Below, in pieces: positions 1-13,020 of a stretch of DNA of 64,000 nt (position 1 is its first letter; each line of letters opens with the position of its first letter). The DNA comes from an uncultured bacterium (lineage in GTDB: Bacteria; Verrucomicrobiota; Verrucomicrobiia; Limisphaerales; UBA8199). Under the pieces are notes generated by a model that was given only the letters and a program-made list of their open reading frames with translations, ran no database searches and was not told the origin of the DNA. Location: contig CAVVMW010000008.1 in assembly GCA_963749495.1 (NCBI GenBank), forward strand, positions 96,001-160,000, in the 5' to 3' direction. The position numbers and the translations under genes are program-made.

Positions 1-2045
1 ACGACGAATGACCGACTATCCCGGAATCGCTCCATGCCGCCTTTCGTGGAAACCAAATCAAGGCGAAGCTCGCCGGCTGACGGCGGCGTGAAGGTGATTT
101 CCACTGTGGTGTGATCGCCCAGTGGAATATTCAGGGCACGTTTCTCGCCTCCAACGGGCTTGCCCTCCAGTACAACCTGCCAACGCAATTCCACCTCCTC
201 GCCGACGAACGCGTCGTTATATACGAGGAGCGTGCGTGTGACGGGCAGGCCCGCCTTGAGCTTGGGCGGCTTCGGGAAAGGCCCCAGCGCATCGTAGTCT
301 TTGTCGAAAACCGCAATGGGAGCGAAGGATTTTACCAGGATGTCGTAGGCCTCCCGGCAGTCCGGCCTGACGCCTTCTTTGCGGAGGAAGCCCGAATAGG
401 AGGGATTGTAGGGGCGGATGTCAAACCAGTCCGCCAGACGATAGCCGCGCGCCTGGAGGCCCATGCTATAGATGACCTCCCGCTCGCGCTGACGCAGACC
501 CGGTTCATAGGGGAACAGAAACTCGCCGCAACCAAGCGGCACGTCCTGAAGATAGGCTGTGGCCCAGTAGATGTCGTTGCGTAGGTCCTTGGCATAGCCG
601 GAGGAATGGCCGCCGCGGTCCTCCAGATCTTCAAGGGTTTTGACGTAGTGCTTCTCGCTGGCCGGCGAGGCACCATAGGCGGTGCCGTCGCCGTCGAAAA
701 TGACGGGTCGGCTGCCGTCGGCGGCATCAATGGTCCGGCGGAACTCGGCCAGCATGGCAGGCGTGAGGGCGTTTACGTTAAGGCCCTCATTTTCGGCGGA
801 CCACAGGATGACCGAAGGATGATTGCGGTCCCGGCGCACCCAGTGGGTGAGGTGCTCGCGGCAGTGTTCCATCCAGTCCGGGTGCTCGGGCATGAGCATC
901 TGCCAACTGGCATAAATGGCGCTTTCGTCAATGACCAGCATGCCGAGTTCGTCGCAAACCTCCAGGACGTGCGGCGGGGCCGGCATCGAGTGGAACCGCA
1001 GCACATTGCAGTTGGCTGCCTCGTAGCGGCGGATCATGTCGGTGGCCGTCTCACGGGTTGCGAACAACTCGGCCTTTTCGGCGTAGGCGGGGCTTTCGCC
1101 GCGCAAGTTGCAGCGAATGCCGTTGAGATAGAAGTGGATGCCTTCGAACCAGGTTTCCCGGAAACCAAAGCGGGTGGATTTCTCGTGCAGTACGGTCCCG
1201 CTTATGCTGTCAGCCAGCATCGTCTGGAGGGTGTACAATGCCGGATGATCCGGCTGCCAGAGTTCGACGCCTTCGAAAGGGGCCGCGAGCGTAACGGTGG
1301 TGGGGATAAACCCAGGCAGATCAATATTGGTGGCCGGCAACGTGACCACAACGGCGCCATTCGCGGCGGTGACTTGCGGGGAAAGCCGGGCGTGGACCGT
1401 CTCCTTGCGGCCATTGAAGAACTCCCAAGTGACGTTCATCTCCTTCTGCCGAAGAGAAGTCCGAATGCGGGCATCGGCGACGTTGACCACCGGCCGAGCC
1501 AGCAGCGTCACGGACTGGTAGAGCCCCTTGCGGTTGTTGGCTCCCATGCCGCGCGGGAGCCAGGATTTGCGATTATGACGGTCACGACTCTCACTGTGAA
1601 CGCTGAAGTGGGTATCGTCCCGCACGAAAACGGCGAGTTGGTTCGTGGTCGAGGGCACGGTCACCAGGTCGGTGATGTCCACCTCGAAGGGCAGGCACGG
1701 GCCCACGTGGCCGCCCGCGTGCTGGCCATTGACCGAAACCTCGGCGGCATCGCCCACGGCCTCAAACCGCAGGAGCACCCGCCGGCCGGCAAAGGAGTCG
1801 GGCACCTCAAACTCCCGCCGATAGGTTGCTTCGTGAATATTGGCCAGGCCGGATGAGCGCTCCCAGAAGCCCGGCACAACGAGGTTGCGCTCCTCGGCGC
1901 CGACGGGTTGGATGCGCCACGTGCCATTAAGCGACAGGCTGGTTTCTTGCGGATTTGAGCTCGCCGCCGCCTTGAGCGACGCAGGATACGCAACCGACAG
2001 AACGGCAAGCAAGGCGACGGTGGAGAAAATGCTCGGCATCTTCAT
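1..2045 (-). CDS. Glycoside hydrolase family 2 (beta-galactosidase/beta-glucuronidase-like), secreted; 3' end runs off the window
   Basis: Not in the ORF track because there is no stop in the window. Manual translation from ATG 2045: signal peptide MKMPSIFSTVALLAVLSVAY, SLNGTWR, LLRFEAVG..VSVNGQHAGGH, LWQPDHPALY, FGFRE, FYLNG, RDRNHPSVILWSAENE (GH2 acid/base motif). ATGA overlap with the upstream stop. Confidence 0.9.
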   Translation of the reverse strand, partial: MKMPSIFSTVALLAVLSVAYPASLKAAASSNPQETSLSLNGTWRIQPVGAEERNLVVPGFWERSSGLANIHEATYRREFEVPDSFAGRRVLLRFEAVGDAAEVSVNGQHAGGHVGPCLPFEVDITDLVTVPSTTNQLAVFVRDDTHFSVHSESRDRHNRKSWLPRGMGANNRKGLYQSVTLLARPVVNVADARIRTSLRQKEMNVTWEFFNGRKETVHARLSPQVTAANGAVVVTLPATNIDLPGFIPTTVTLAAPFEGVELWQPDHPALYTLQTMLADSISGTVLHEKSTRFGFRETWFEGIHFYLNGIRCNLRGESPAYAEKAELFATRETATDMIRRYEAANCNVLRFHSMPAPPHVLEVCDELGMLVIDESAIYASWQMLMPEHPDWMEHCREHLTHWVRRDRNHPSVILWSAENEGLNVNALTPAMLAEFRRTIDAADGSRPVIFDGDGTAYGASPASEKHYVKTLEDLEDRGGHSSGYAKDLRNDIYWATAYLQDVPLGCGEFLFPYEPGLRQREREVIYSMGLQARGYRLADWFDIRPYNPSYSGFLRKEGVRPDCREAYDILVKSFAPIAVFDKDYDALGPFPKPPKLKAGLPVTRTLLVYNDAFVGEEVELRWQVVLEGKPVGGEKRALNIPLGDHTTVEITFTPPSAGELRLDLVSTKGGMERFRDSRSFV

Positions 2046-4155
2046 CTTAAATCGGGAGAAGGGCTTCGTCCCGGATTGCTTGCCGGGGCTGCCGAGGTGG
2101 CAGCGTTGCGGAACTGGCGAATGATCTCCCGCTTGCCATCCTTTCCCTGCACTTCGAGCATGATCCTGCCTTCCACGGAAGGCGGAACTTGCGCCAGGAA
2201 CAGCCCATCTGCTGCGACCGGGACGGATTCGCCGTTGGCCGTGAGGACCGTCCCGGACTCCGCCCAGCCGTGCAGGTCCACCGCGCAGCCCCGGGCAACG
2301 GGTGAATGTTCGATCGGGGTGGTTTGGAGCAGCACACGCGGGGATTCGTCCAGGGCGAGTGTCTCCTCAATTGCCTGGCGGCGAGCCTGATAAAGCGCCT
2401 GGGGATCCTGCGTATGCTGGTAATAATTGGCCACAACCTGGGAGGCGATCTCAACCCCGCGCTGGCGCGGATCAATGAACGCCGCGGCACGTGCCGGGAG
2501 GGAGGCCCGAAATTGGGCGGTCTTGTTTTCGAGCAGCCAAAGGCACTCGTAATCCTGGAGGCCATTGCGCATCTGCTCCCAACGCAGCGAATCGAGCAGA
2601 CCGCCCGGCTTGGGATACACGTGCCAGCCGTCGCCGCGATGTTCGCCCGGCTGGTTAATGGGGTCGTCGGTCCACTCGTTAAAGCCCCAGTGCAGGTAAC
2701 CTCGGAGATTGTAACGGTAGTTGAGCCAGTGCATCAACCGGGTTTCGATCAGGGGCACGTCAACGGTCTTGTTGAGCAGGGAGCCCTCCTGGAAGATGCC
2801 TACCGTGTAAAACCAGAGCTCGTTGCCCTGGCGCTGCGCGTCCTCGTAAGCCTCGTGCCAGGTGGCCAGGTGGTCGAGTTTCGGCACCCAGACTTCCAGC
2901 GCCCCCAGGCAATGGGGCGTTTCAATGGCATCCATCCGGCGCAACTCCGGGGCCAGGCCGTGGAGGAACTCGGAAGCGGCGCGAAAGGCCATGACATTGT
3001 GATCCGAAGGCTCGTCGCAGATGTGGAACAGGGTCTTTCCGAACCAATTCCTGGCGCGCAGGTGCCCGACGAGAGCCGGCAGGAATTGTGGCAGAAACTC
3101 CTTGCCGGGCACGGAAGCGCGCCGTCCATTTGCCTCTTTCACGGGAAAATCATCGAGGAGGATCTCGGGCCCGACCAGCCGCCCTGGCCGAAACGGGCGA
3201 TGAACCCGGTTTCAAGGGCGTCCATGCGCCCGATGTCCCAGAACACCTGCGCCAGCCTGTCGAAGCGGGAGAAATCAAATTCGAGTTTGCCGTCCGCCGC
3301 CCGACGGGACTCGATGGCGTCGAGTCCCACGCGAAAGACACTCTGCCGGTGCTCGGCCATGTTCCGGGCATAGACCTCGAGCATCCGCGAAAAGCACTCC
3401 GGGTCGGACGCATCCACTTGATGATGCTTCTTGAACCGCGAGGTCGAGAACCACTCCGTGACCAGCAGGTGTCGGTCGGTTGGGAGGGTGAGGGGATGGA
3501 CTCGGAGGGTCAGGGGCAAGGTCGTGCGGGTACTGCCGGCGCTTGCGGTCAAAAGGGCCTGGTAATCACCTGGCATGGCCTCCGACGGGATCCGGATCGT
3601 GATATAAACGGCCTTGCGCATGCCCTTCTTCAGGGAGCACGTGCGCTCGTCAGTGAGGACATCCGGGAACCACGCCGGAGCCGGACGCAAGAGTGTCTCT
3701 GGCTGGCGGTTGGGGGAGTTCTTCTCGATGAGGATGCCACCCACGAAATTCCAGGACAGGTTCTCTTGAGGGATGGCGCCCGGGTCGTGCGCTCGCTCAA
3801 GCGGCCCCACGGAAAACGCAAGGCCCTGCACGTCCTCGTGCGCGAGCAGCATGCATTGGCCTGAGATGGTCTCATTACGCAGTCCGAAGAGCTGGAGGCT
3901 GCCGGCTCGCGGCCCCAATAGTCCATAGCCGTCTTCGAAGACGCGCTCCAAGTCGCTCGCGGGAAAGCACTCGAATGCAGGCTGGGCGACCTGGGCCGCC
4001 TGCGAGCAATTCACGCTCAAACTCCATCCCAATACAACCGGCAGCCATCCGGGAGGAGTGAGGAGGCTCCCTGACCGCTGCCTTTTCACCGGGCTTCGCT
4101 CAGACTTATGCATAGGCTCCGAGTCTTCTCCAAGGCGTTCTCCACCGTCAATCAT
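2042..4155 (-). CDS. DUF4091 / GH123-like glycoside hydrolase (one frameshift near 3170)
   Basis: ORFs 3139-4155 and 2042-3142 join at GWSGP|EILLDDFPVKEA across a ccc run. Motifs HICDEP, LWFY, GYLHWGFN.W, GDGWHVYP, SLRWEQMRNGLQDYE are typical of DUF4091. Confidence 0.8.
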
Positions 4156-7100
4156 TCATCGGTGACGAGCTTCAGTTCGCGGATGCTGGCCCAGGCCCCT
4201 TCCGGCAAGCCGGTGATCCGCACCCGGAGATGCCGGAGGCCCTTGGCCTCAAAGGAGAGTTCGTGGCGCCCTTGAAAACGGTTTTCCCGCTGATCGCTCA
4301 ACACGCGCCAATCGGATTCACCCGGCGCCCCCTCCACCACGTAGCGATAACCTTCACGGTCGAACTCCCACTGCAACTGGCAGCCATGCACGTCCTCAGG
4401 GGCCGCAAGGTCCACTTGGAGCCATTGATCCGTGCTGTTGGTGGCGGCGCACCAGCGAGTGCCTTCATCCCCATCAATCGCCTTGTCCGGCGAGTTGCCA
4501 GATTGGCTCGATGAAGCCCGGGCAATGCCGTTCACCGGACGTGCAGCCGCCAGCAGCCGCGTTGCCTCGTCCGGCGCGATCTCCGCGTCCGGGTGAAAGG
4601 CGGGCGAAGCCGCGTAGGCGGACAGGCTGGCGAGCAGTTGCCGGGCAGCGGGATCCTCCAGCCCGGACAGGTCACTCGCGCAGACCAACAGCCAGCCCGT
4701 GCCCACTTTTGCCTCGAACACGAGGGCCAGCTTGTGGACTCGATCCAGGTTGTCCACCACTTGCACGATGGGACGAATGCCGCGGGCCGCGCCGTCGAGG
4801 ATGACGGGACGGCTGTTCGTCGCGATGTGGAACCATTGCCAGTCGCTGTGAAAATCCGTGGGAAACGCCGCCAGCGCCGGATGCTTTGGGTCGCACAGCA
4901 GGCCCATGGTGCCGGGGGCGTTCTTGAACATGGGCCAGCACCAAAAGTCGGTTGCGAATCCGCCCGCCACGCTCCGGGAAAACGGCCGTCGCGTTTCCGG
5001 AAAGAGCAGCAGGCGCCGGCCCTGGGCCAGCAGGGCGCGCTCCGGCGCCCCCAGCTCTCGAACCACCGTGACTCCCTCCGCCGCGGCAGCGATTGCCGGC
5101 CGCGCGGGATAAACCCACAGCGGATAATGGGTCTCCACCTCAGTGCCCTTCAGCGAAAGCCGGAGGTCCAACCTGGCCGGGCAAGAGACCTCTGCCAACG
5201 AAGCTGAAAAGTTGCCTGCTGGGTGGATCCCGGGCGCGGGGACAGCGGCTGGCGCCAATTCTCCCCCGGCAGCGCGGCCGCCCCGACCGTCGCGCAGCGA
5301 CCACTCCACTTGGACTTGGTTGAGTGGCGCGTCGCTGTAATCTGCCAGGTCCACCTCGGCGGCGAAGGTCTCGGCGGTGGTCCAGGCATATTTCGAAAAG
5401 CGAGCCAGCAGCACCCTCGCCGAACAGAACTGCCGCCATTCACGGGCGCTCACCATACCCTTGTTTTCCATGAACGCGTCGAGCATGCCCACCAGGGCCG
5501 TACCCTGGCCCGGGAAATCCTGCAGGTCCAGGAGCTGGAAACCGCCGAAGCCCGGGGTGCGGAGTGCCGCTTCAATATCCTCACGATAGCAAATGGCGGC
5601 TAGCTTGCCGGAGGCGCGGAAGAAATCGTCCGCCTGGTCGAGCATGCCCGCGCCAGCCAACCGGTCGCGCCAATGCTCCAAGTTCCGGGCGCGGAAGACA
5701 CCAGTGTACTTGGGGGTTTCGTGGAAGTCCGGGTAAACGGTGTACTGCGCGATCTCGTGTCCGATCACCGGGATGGGCAGTCCGGCGATGCCGTGCCCGT
5801 AGGTGTGAAGGGTGTTCGGTGGCCCCACCTGGACGTGACCGTTGCCGCCGTCCACGGTGGCGAAGGAGCCGCGGACGTTGTGGATAGGCCCGCCCTTCTG
5901 CGTGCGCGTGCGAACCGTGGTCCAGTAGTCATCACCCTCGGCCACCTGGGGGTCCCAGAAATAGTTGTTTGAGCCTTCGGCGTAGCGAGGGCGAGGGTCT
6001 TTGTGGCGCAAGTCGCGGACCATGCCGCCCATCACCTCGCGCGAACCACCGCACTCGTTGCCCAGTGACATCATGACAAAGGACGGGTGGTTGCCATACA
6101 CCTGGAGGATGCGTTCAGCTTCCGGCATCAAGGCGTTCCGTGCCGCCGCGTCGTAGGCGCCCCAGAAAGGCAACTCCGGCTGGAGATAAATGCCCAGCTC
6201 ATCCGCCGCTGCGAATGCAGCCTCTGGGGGTGTCCACGTATGAAAGCGGACATGATTGATGCCGTACTCGCGGCAGGTGCGGAAGTGCTTCAGCCAGCCA
6301 TCCGTGTCCATCGGCGGATGGCCGGTGAGGGGAAACACGCAACCGTCATGCTTGCCCCGCAGGAAGGTGGCGCGCCCATTAATGGTAAACCGGGAGTTTT
6401 CGCTCTTGAACTCGCGCAAGCCGAAAACGACTTCGCGCGTGTCGTGGGCCGTCTCATTCTCGAGGCGGGCGGACAGCCGATAGAGCACCGGATGAAACTC
6501 ATCCCATAGGCGGGCGCCCTCTCCGAGAGGGACCTCCAGCGTGGTCACGCCACCAGTGGTCCCCCAGTTGGCCAGGGCCGGCGGAAGCTTCACGGAGACA
6601 CCGTTGCCTTCCACAGACAGGAGGAGTTTGCCTTCGCCGGGTTTACCGGAAGTGTTTCCCAAAATGACCTCTGCGCCGATGGCTCGCCTGACCACGTTTG
6701 GAAATACCCGCACCTGGGACAGGAACACCGCGTCATGGACCTGGAGTTCGATCCGGCCGATGATGCCGTTCCAATTCCCTTGCGTGTTGTCGGACATCTG
6801 GTGCATCTCGACGTTCACCGGCTTGCGGGTGTTATCCACCGCGATGGTGAGGCGATGCAATCCCGGCTCGACCTGGCCCAGGTCGTACTCCTGCGGTGTG
6901 CAGAGGATGGGGTTCTCGCCGCAAGGCTTTCCATCCAGCCATACCTGCGTGTGTTTGGTCCGCTCGAGGAACAGGGTTAGGCGCCGCCCACGCCAGGGCT
7001 CCGGGATGATCAGCTCTCGCTCGTACCACGCGGTGCCGTTGAAGCGGTACAACCGTGTCAGGCCCTGCACCCAATGGTTCGGGGTTTTCCGGTCCTTTGT

Positions 7101-7425
7101 GCCGGGTCTCCGTGGTGCCGGGAAGCTCGATGACATCGCCAAACTCGACCTTCGGCAGTGGCCCCTGCTTGACGCCAAGGGCAGGCGCGCCCAGGGCAAA
7201 GCGCCAGTCGCCGGCCAGTGACAACATCGAGTCAGCCGCTGATGCAACCCGGCCGCCGAAGGCCAGTTCAACGATTACCAAGGCGAGCCACGCCACTGTG
7301 CTCCGGCACCACCGGCTACCAGAGCGAGGGGAGTCAGGTTGGGCGGCTTTTGCGCGAAAGAGGGCTTTCGCAGCGACCAGCGCGCTGACGGCTGGCAATC
7401 CGATGACTTCGCAGAGAAGTTTCAC
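4152..7425 (-). CDS. Glycoside hydrolase family 2 with C-terminal F5/8 type C (discoidin/CBM32) domain (frameshift near 7075)
   Basis: Signal peptide and LSLAGDWRF lie in ORF 6832-7425; the remainder is in ORF 4152-7271: FGLRE, NHVRFH, GNHPSFVMMSLGNE, FQLLDLQDFPGQGTALVG, and a C-terminal ASSSQ..PDKAIDGD..TRW..QWLQVDL..ASIRELKL. Confidence 0.85.
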
Positions 7426-7466
7426 TCGCCAATGCTGTAGTTGGCAGTCCTCGGGACCAAGACCGT

Positions 7467-10255
7467 TCAGAGGTCCAACCGCTCGGGAGGCTGCAGGGTG
7501 ATTCGCACGCGCACGGGAGACTCTAGCGACTCGCTTGAGCCGAACGTGGCGGAGTATTCCCCGGGCAGCAACGTGATGGTGGGGGCGATGGGGGCCCGGC
7601 TGGGGCTCTGCCCAGGGCTGTAGCAGGTGACGGGTTCACCGGGCCAGAAAAAGAGAAACTGGCCCTGGGTCAATTTGCCCTGCCAGCCGAGTCGTTGGCC
7701 AGCCAGTTCGATCCAGGGATCCACGATCTCCGCGCCGGCAGGTGCGTGGAATTGGACGCCGATGCGGGCCGAGCCGTCTTTGACGACGATGCGCCAGATA
7801 GCCGCGTTAGTTTGGGCGGGGTTGATTTCGTGCCAGGGCTCATAGATGACTCGTTGGAAATATGGCTTGCCGTGTTCTTCGAGCAGGCGATATTCCCGGC
7901 GCTTTTCCAACAGGGCAGGCTGCGCTTCGCCGGGCTTGATGGCAGTCAGGTCGGGATCGATGCGCAAGCGGGCTTTAATGGATTCGGGGACATGGCCCGA
8001 AAGGCGCAATTGCTCATAGCGGGCGACAAGATCGAGAATCTCGCCGGTGAAAGGATGGGCCGCGGCAGCTTTGCAGGAGACCTGGAAGGACATTGAGGAG
8101 TCGTAGCCCAGCGTCGCGGCCAGCACATACTCGAACATGTCGGGTGTCGCGGTGGGGTCGTAGCCGTAATACCAGCCGATATCCAGGGGCATCCAGTCGC
8201 GCGCAAACGAATTGAACCACCCCGAGCGATGATCCAGGTAACCTTTGAGGTCGCCGTGCCCGTCGGCGGAGGCGCTGCGGGCCAGCAGGTGCCAGGAGTA
8301 GTGACTGAAGCTGCTAGCCTGGAGGAGGATGTCTTTGTTGGCGAGCTTGTCATAGAACGCCTGGTGGAGGCGAGCATTGTAAAACCAGTGCTCGCCCTGC
8401 AAGCGCTCCGAGCCGTCAAAGTATATCATGTCAATGCCGCACGTATTGGCGACGCGGGCAAAATGGGTGGCGACTTCGTCGAGCAGCGAGGTGTCCATGT
8501 CGTACAGGTGATAGCCGTAGGCGCGGACGAGATGGCGGACGGTCTCGCCTTGAAGGTGCGGTGCGGCCCGTGTGCCGAGGTACCCACGAGTGCATCCGCG
8601 GAAGCCAAAGGGCGGATCGAGTGCCGGAGATTGGTACTGGATCAACTCCTCGCCGAGTTGGAGCACGGTCCCTTCGCCCTCGTAACCGCCGTCTTTGGCG
8701 GGAAAGTTGGTCGGCGCCGCCATCAGCGGCAGGAAATTAGTGATGGCGTCAATGCCGGTTACGAGCGTGGTAGCGGCGCCCTTGACCAGGGGCGGGTCCG
8801 GGACCGGGGTGAGGTAGGGGTCGGGCGGATAAATGGATGCGCCCAGGAAATGCAGCCCCACGCGGAAACCTGCGGTCTGGAAGCGGCCGATGGTCCGTTT
8901 CAAACCTTCCAACCCGTCCGGAAATCGGTCCCGGTCAATTTCGTAATGGCCGGTGCCATGGGACCAGGATTCCTGGCCCAGCAGGATCATGTGAAAGCCC
9001 CCGCGCCGCGCCAGGGCCAACCCTTGGTCAAATTGGGACTCGCGGAAGTCGGTGAGGAAGAGGTAGGAGCGTTTGACCCAGGGCGATTGCTTGTTCCAGA
9101 CGCCGCCGGGCTTGGGACTGGGCAGGTCCGCCACCGCCTCGAAACGGGCCATCGTGTCCAGAAAATCCGCCTCGCGACAGGCGATCACGCCGAAAGCTGC
9201 GGGTTCGAGACCGTGCGCATTTTCCGTTTCCACGCACAGATTTATGATCGGCGAAGACCAGAGCTGAGACGCGGCATCCTCAAAGTCCTCGAGCAGCACC
9301 ACCCGGCTTGAATCCCCGCGCTCGATCACGGCCTCAACATGGTCCACCAGGCAGGTCACGGTCGTGCTCGCCGGCAGGCCGTTGTAGTAGAAGTTCAGCG
9401 TGGTGACATGGTCGTAGCGCAGCGAGTCGATAGGGCAATTGGTCAAGGTCACCTGACGCCAGCCCTGGAAATCAATGGGCACGTAGTTATCCCGGTAACC
9501 GCCCTGGCCATCGTAAAGCTGGATTTTCAACGCTTCGCCCCGGCCGTCCCCGTGGACCCAGGCGCGGAGGGCGCGGCAGCCGGATAGGTCCAACGGGGCG
9601 ACGAAGTTGCGACCGCGTACGCTTCCACCCGCCGGCTTCCGCGTCGCACGTCGCGGTAAATCGGGCGGCGTGCGCACCCACCTTGCCGGGAGTGACCTGG
9701 ACAAACTCGTGACTGCCCCCGGCTCGGTCCGCGCGCTCGCCGCCGGCTTGTTCATGAAAAGCATGTACATTGGGTTTGTCGGCCATGACAGCGACAAAAT
9801 TACCGTCCACCGCCGCGCCATTGACGGTGCCGCAAATTCGGGCGTGAGGAGGGGCCGCAAGCTGGAACAAGCGGAAACGCGCGACTGGCTGTCGCGCCTC
9901 CAGTCGTACCAGGCGGAACACGGCAAACCCACGGCCGCGCACTACCTGGAACTCGGCGCGCGACCCGTTCAATAAAAGGCACCACCAGCGTATCGCCGGG
10001 AAGCTCGACAGACTCGGCCGTCTGCATGACCCCGTTGACTTCGAGAGCCATGGCTGGGCGATCAGATACCGGCCAGCGGGTGCCATCCGCAAATTCGAGG
10101 GCCAGGTTGGCTTTGGAATCCACCGAGAGCTTGGCGGTGGAAACGTTGATGGACACCTGTGCTCCGGCCACGGCATGTTCGGTGCCGCACATAACCGCGC
10201 CCACCACGAGCAGGGCACACGGGGCACGTCCGGAGAATAGGCGGCTGACTTTCAT
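7467..10255 (-). CDS. Secreted hypothetical protein: carbohydrate-binding-like beta-sandwich plus putative glycosidase TIM barrel (frameshifts near 9975 and 9622)
   Basis: Reconstructed from ORFs 9800-10261, 9487-10227 and 7467-9932. PLDLSG..LRAWVHGDG.GE.LKIQL...IDFQGWR resembles CBM11/CIA30-like modules. DRFPDGLEGLK..GFRVGLH and IDMIYFDG resemble GH27/36-type barrels. Confidence 0.6.
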
Positions 10256-10290
10256 GCCCACAGCTTTTTCCAGAACCGATGGCAGGTCAA
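10256..10290 (-). promoter_or_regulatory. Putative leaderless sigma70-type promoter
   Basis: TTGACC-17 nt-AAAGCT-6 nt-ATG(10255) on the minus strand; no Shine-Dalgarno. Confidence 0.5.
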
Positions 10291-10295
10291 TGCCG

Positions 10296-10397
10296 TTAGG
10301 AGGTGCTCACCTTCTTTGCCGACGCCCGGAACTTGCAGGCCTTGACGCCGAGGGGGCTGGATTTTTCTGTTGTGACGCCCGTCCCGACCGCGCTCAT
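10296..10397 (-). pseudogene. 33-codon mini-ORF with RBS, probable start-plus-end gene remnant
   Basis: AAGGAG-cc-ATG directly after the upstream stop; MSAVGTGVTTEKSSPLGVKACKFRASAKKVSTS*. Confidence 0.3.
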
Positions 10398-10414
10398 GGC
10401 TCCTTCGTCAAACG

Positions 10415-12080
10415 TTAATCCTCCAAGTCGAGAGCGCGTTTTAATCTCTCGAAATGGTCCCGGGCACTGCTGTTCGCGGTGACGTCCCACAGGGTTGAAT
10501 GTTGCCGACGCAGGGCCAGCACGGCCGCGGCCCAGGCCTGCCCCCACCCGCTCTCGATCGAGCAGGCGCCCCAGCCGACGTCCGCCGAACTGGCCCAGGC
10601 CTCCCACCGCCGGTCATCAAAGGCCCGGAACCAACAGCCATTGAGCCAGGGCAGTTTCTTCGAGCGATTCTGAACCCGGCAGAGATACTGAGCCAACTTG
10701 CCCGCCGCCCGTTGGAACCGGAGGTTGCCGGTGGCCCCGGCCGCCTCGTGCAACCCGAGCAATGCAAAACCGCTCGTGTAGAGTTGGTCGGTCACTGGGT
10801 CGCCGTCCTGCTGGAGCAGTGGGGTCTCCGTGGTGCCATAATCCTCGTTGCGTTGCGGGGCCTGGAAAAAGCCCCCTCGCACTCGGCCGAGGCGCTCGTG
10901 AATGGCCCCATCGGGCTGTTGCCAGGCCAGCAAATCTCCGGCAACTCAGCCCAAAGGCAGGGTGGTGAGGGTCGGCCCGCGGGCCTTGGCAAAGGCCGGA
11001 AGTGAAGCAGAGAAAATCGAGGAGGTTTCGAGCGACTGCCCGGCTGTGTGCCTGCCCGTTCAAAAGTGCGTCCAAAGCCAGGACCATCGCGGATTCGGCC
11101 TGGCAATCAGCTCGCAACGGGAGGCGACGGGGCTGATTGCCATCCGGTGAAATGCCCGAAGCGTAGCCTTCGAGAATGCCTAGCGAGCCGTCACCTTCGG
11201 GCGATCCAGGCCCGGAGCCGGGGGCGGTTTCACCTCCGGCAGCCAGCGCGCGGTCCAGGGCCTCCTTCTCCGAGGCATGCACCAGCAGGTGCGAATGGCC
11301 AAACCAGTGCGCGGCCTGGTCAAAGGCCTCACTTTCGTAGCGTCGGGGCAACCTGGACTCCCGCCCGTAGGCGGATTGGACGAGGGGTTGAAATTCAAGG
11401 CGGAGTTGAGCACCGGCGCACAGCCTCGAGAGGATTCGGTTCCAGAGCGCCTCCCAATCCTGTACCGGCGCATAGCGCCCGGTGATAAACCCGCTCAGCT
11501 TCGTCGTGGCAACGATCCAGTTGCGCTCGGGGACCTCGAATAGAATCGAGAACGTACCCACCGCTGGTATGCCGAAAATGGCGCTATCGTAACCCGCCAC
11601 CCTCGCGACGACCAGGTCCGGAGCCAGCGCGGCGCTGACCGGCATGTAACGGCATCCGTGGGCAGCCAGGATGCGGAGCCTCGGCAGGGCGGGCGCAAAC
11701 CCTTCCGAGGCAACCACGAACCGCTCCCAGGCGGTGGAGCGCGGCGCACCGATTTTCAGACCGGGAACGCTCGCTGGATACTCGAGAAAAAGCCGGAGAC
11801 GCTTTTCCGAGACCAGAGCAAACGCGAGGTCGTCCAGACGCAGCGGATGCTCGGGGTATTCGTCGGCCAGCAATAGGACGACCGAACCGGCCTTGGCCTT
11901 CTGGATGGCCTCGAGCGGCCGGTCATAGCGGCGAAAATGATAGGCCCGGAGCGCCAGAAAGAGGTCGTTTCGAGGTGAGCAGCAGAACGTCAGGTTGGGC
12001 TGCGGACCTTCGTAAGCCCAGGAGCACCCGAGGCCGCAAAGCAATGCGACAGTCCAGAGGATGAGGAGCGTTCTCATCAT
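10415..12080 (-). pseudogene. Secreted hypothetical (alpha/alpha)-barrel protein interrupted near 10945 (frameshift, probably an internal deletion)
   Basis: ORF 10617-12080 reads plausibly to HPAFGL, then the plausible frame switches to VAGDLLAWQQPDGAI...DQLYTSGFA...WFRAFD...ESGW (ORF 10415-10933). Confidence 0.6.
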
Positions 12081-13016
12081 CTGGCTGCCTTCTGAGCGGC
12101 CAGGCGAGTCATATAACTTCTCCAGGCACGCATCGATTTTCGGAGGTTTTCCTTAGGATCCCCTTTGATGTTGTAGCACTGCAAGCCAATCGGCCCCCGG
12201 TAGCCCGCCCGCTGGAGTGCAACAAGCATTCCGAAGACATCATAATCGCCCCGGTCCAGAGTTTGGATGTAGTTGCTCCAGCCGCCCGCGTCGTCCTTCT
12301 TGTCCGTGGCGCCGCAAATCGTGGCGAGCACGAGGCGGGGCGCGGCTTTGGCGATGACTTCCTGGAGGCGCAGTCCGTTGCCCGAGGCCAGCTCGTGGCA
12401 GAGGTTGACCGTGACGCCCACGTTGGTCCGCGTGACGGCGGACAGCACCCGCATGGCGTCCTCGACGGTCGCGACGTAGAGGCCGAGATGGGGATAGATC
12501 GCCACGCGCAAGCCCTGTTGGGCGGCAAGGCCCGCCAGGGCATTCGATGCGCTGGGCCGCCACCGCGTCCCACTCGCCGCCGGCCCGCGGGCGGGCCACA
12601 GTCACCCAAAGGATGGTGCCGCTACCTTTGAGCAGCGGCAGGGCTTCGCGCAGGCCCGCCGGGTAGGGATCTTCCTGGTCGAGGGTGATGCCGAAATAGA
12701 GGCTGTAGAGCTTCAGGCCGCGGGATGACAGGGCCTTGAGCCATGCGGCGAGGTCTTCCCGCTTCGTGTAATTGTAGCCGATGCCGTCGAAGCCAAGTTC
12801 CTGAACGCAATCGGCCTGCTGGACCGGGGTCCACGAGCCCCGCCCCACACCGTTGTCGAGCGGGAAGAACTCGGGGACGCTTGCGACCGCCGTCTTCTCC
12901 TGCGCCTCCGATAGCCGTTCTGCTCCAGCTAGAACGAGCAAACTGAGAGCCAGGACTATCCCACCGCCTGCGCACGTAGACGCGCCTCTTGCGGTCACCT
13001 TGAAACCGACGTTCAT
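12077..13016 (-). CDS. Sugar phosphate isomerase/epimerase family (xylose isomerase-like TIM barrel), with signal peptide (frameshift near 12543)
   Basis: ELGFDGIGY in the N-terminal ORF; LRVAIYPH, NVGVTVNLCH, IQTLDRGDYD, GYRGPIGLQCY in the C-terminal ORF. Removing one A joins them (RIDALAGLAAQQGLRV). Confidence 0.8.
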
Positions 13017-13020
13017 AAGA

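Noticed and set aside
606..1856. 416-aa plus-strand ORF
   Set aside because: Antisense shadow of the minus-strand GH2 gene.
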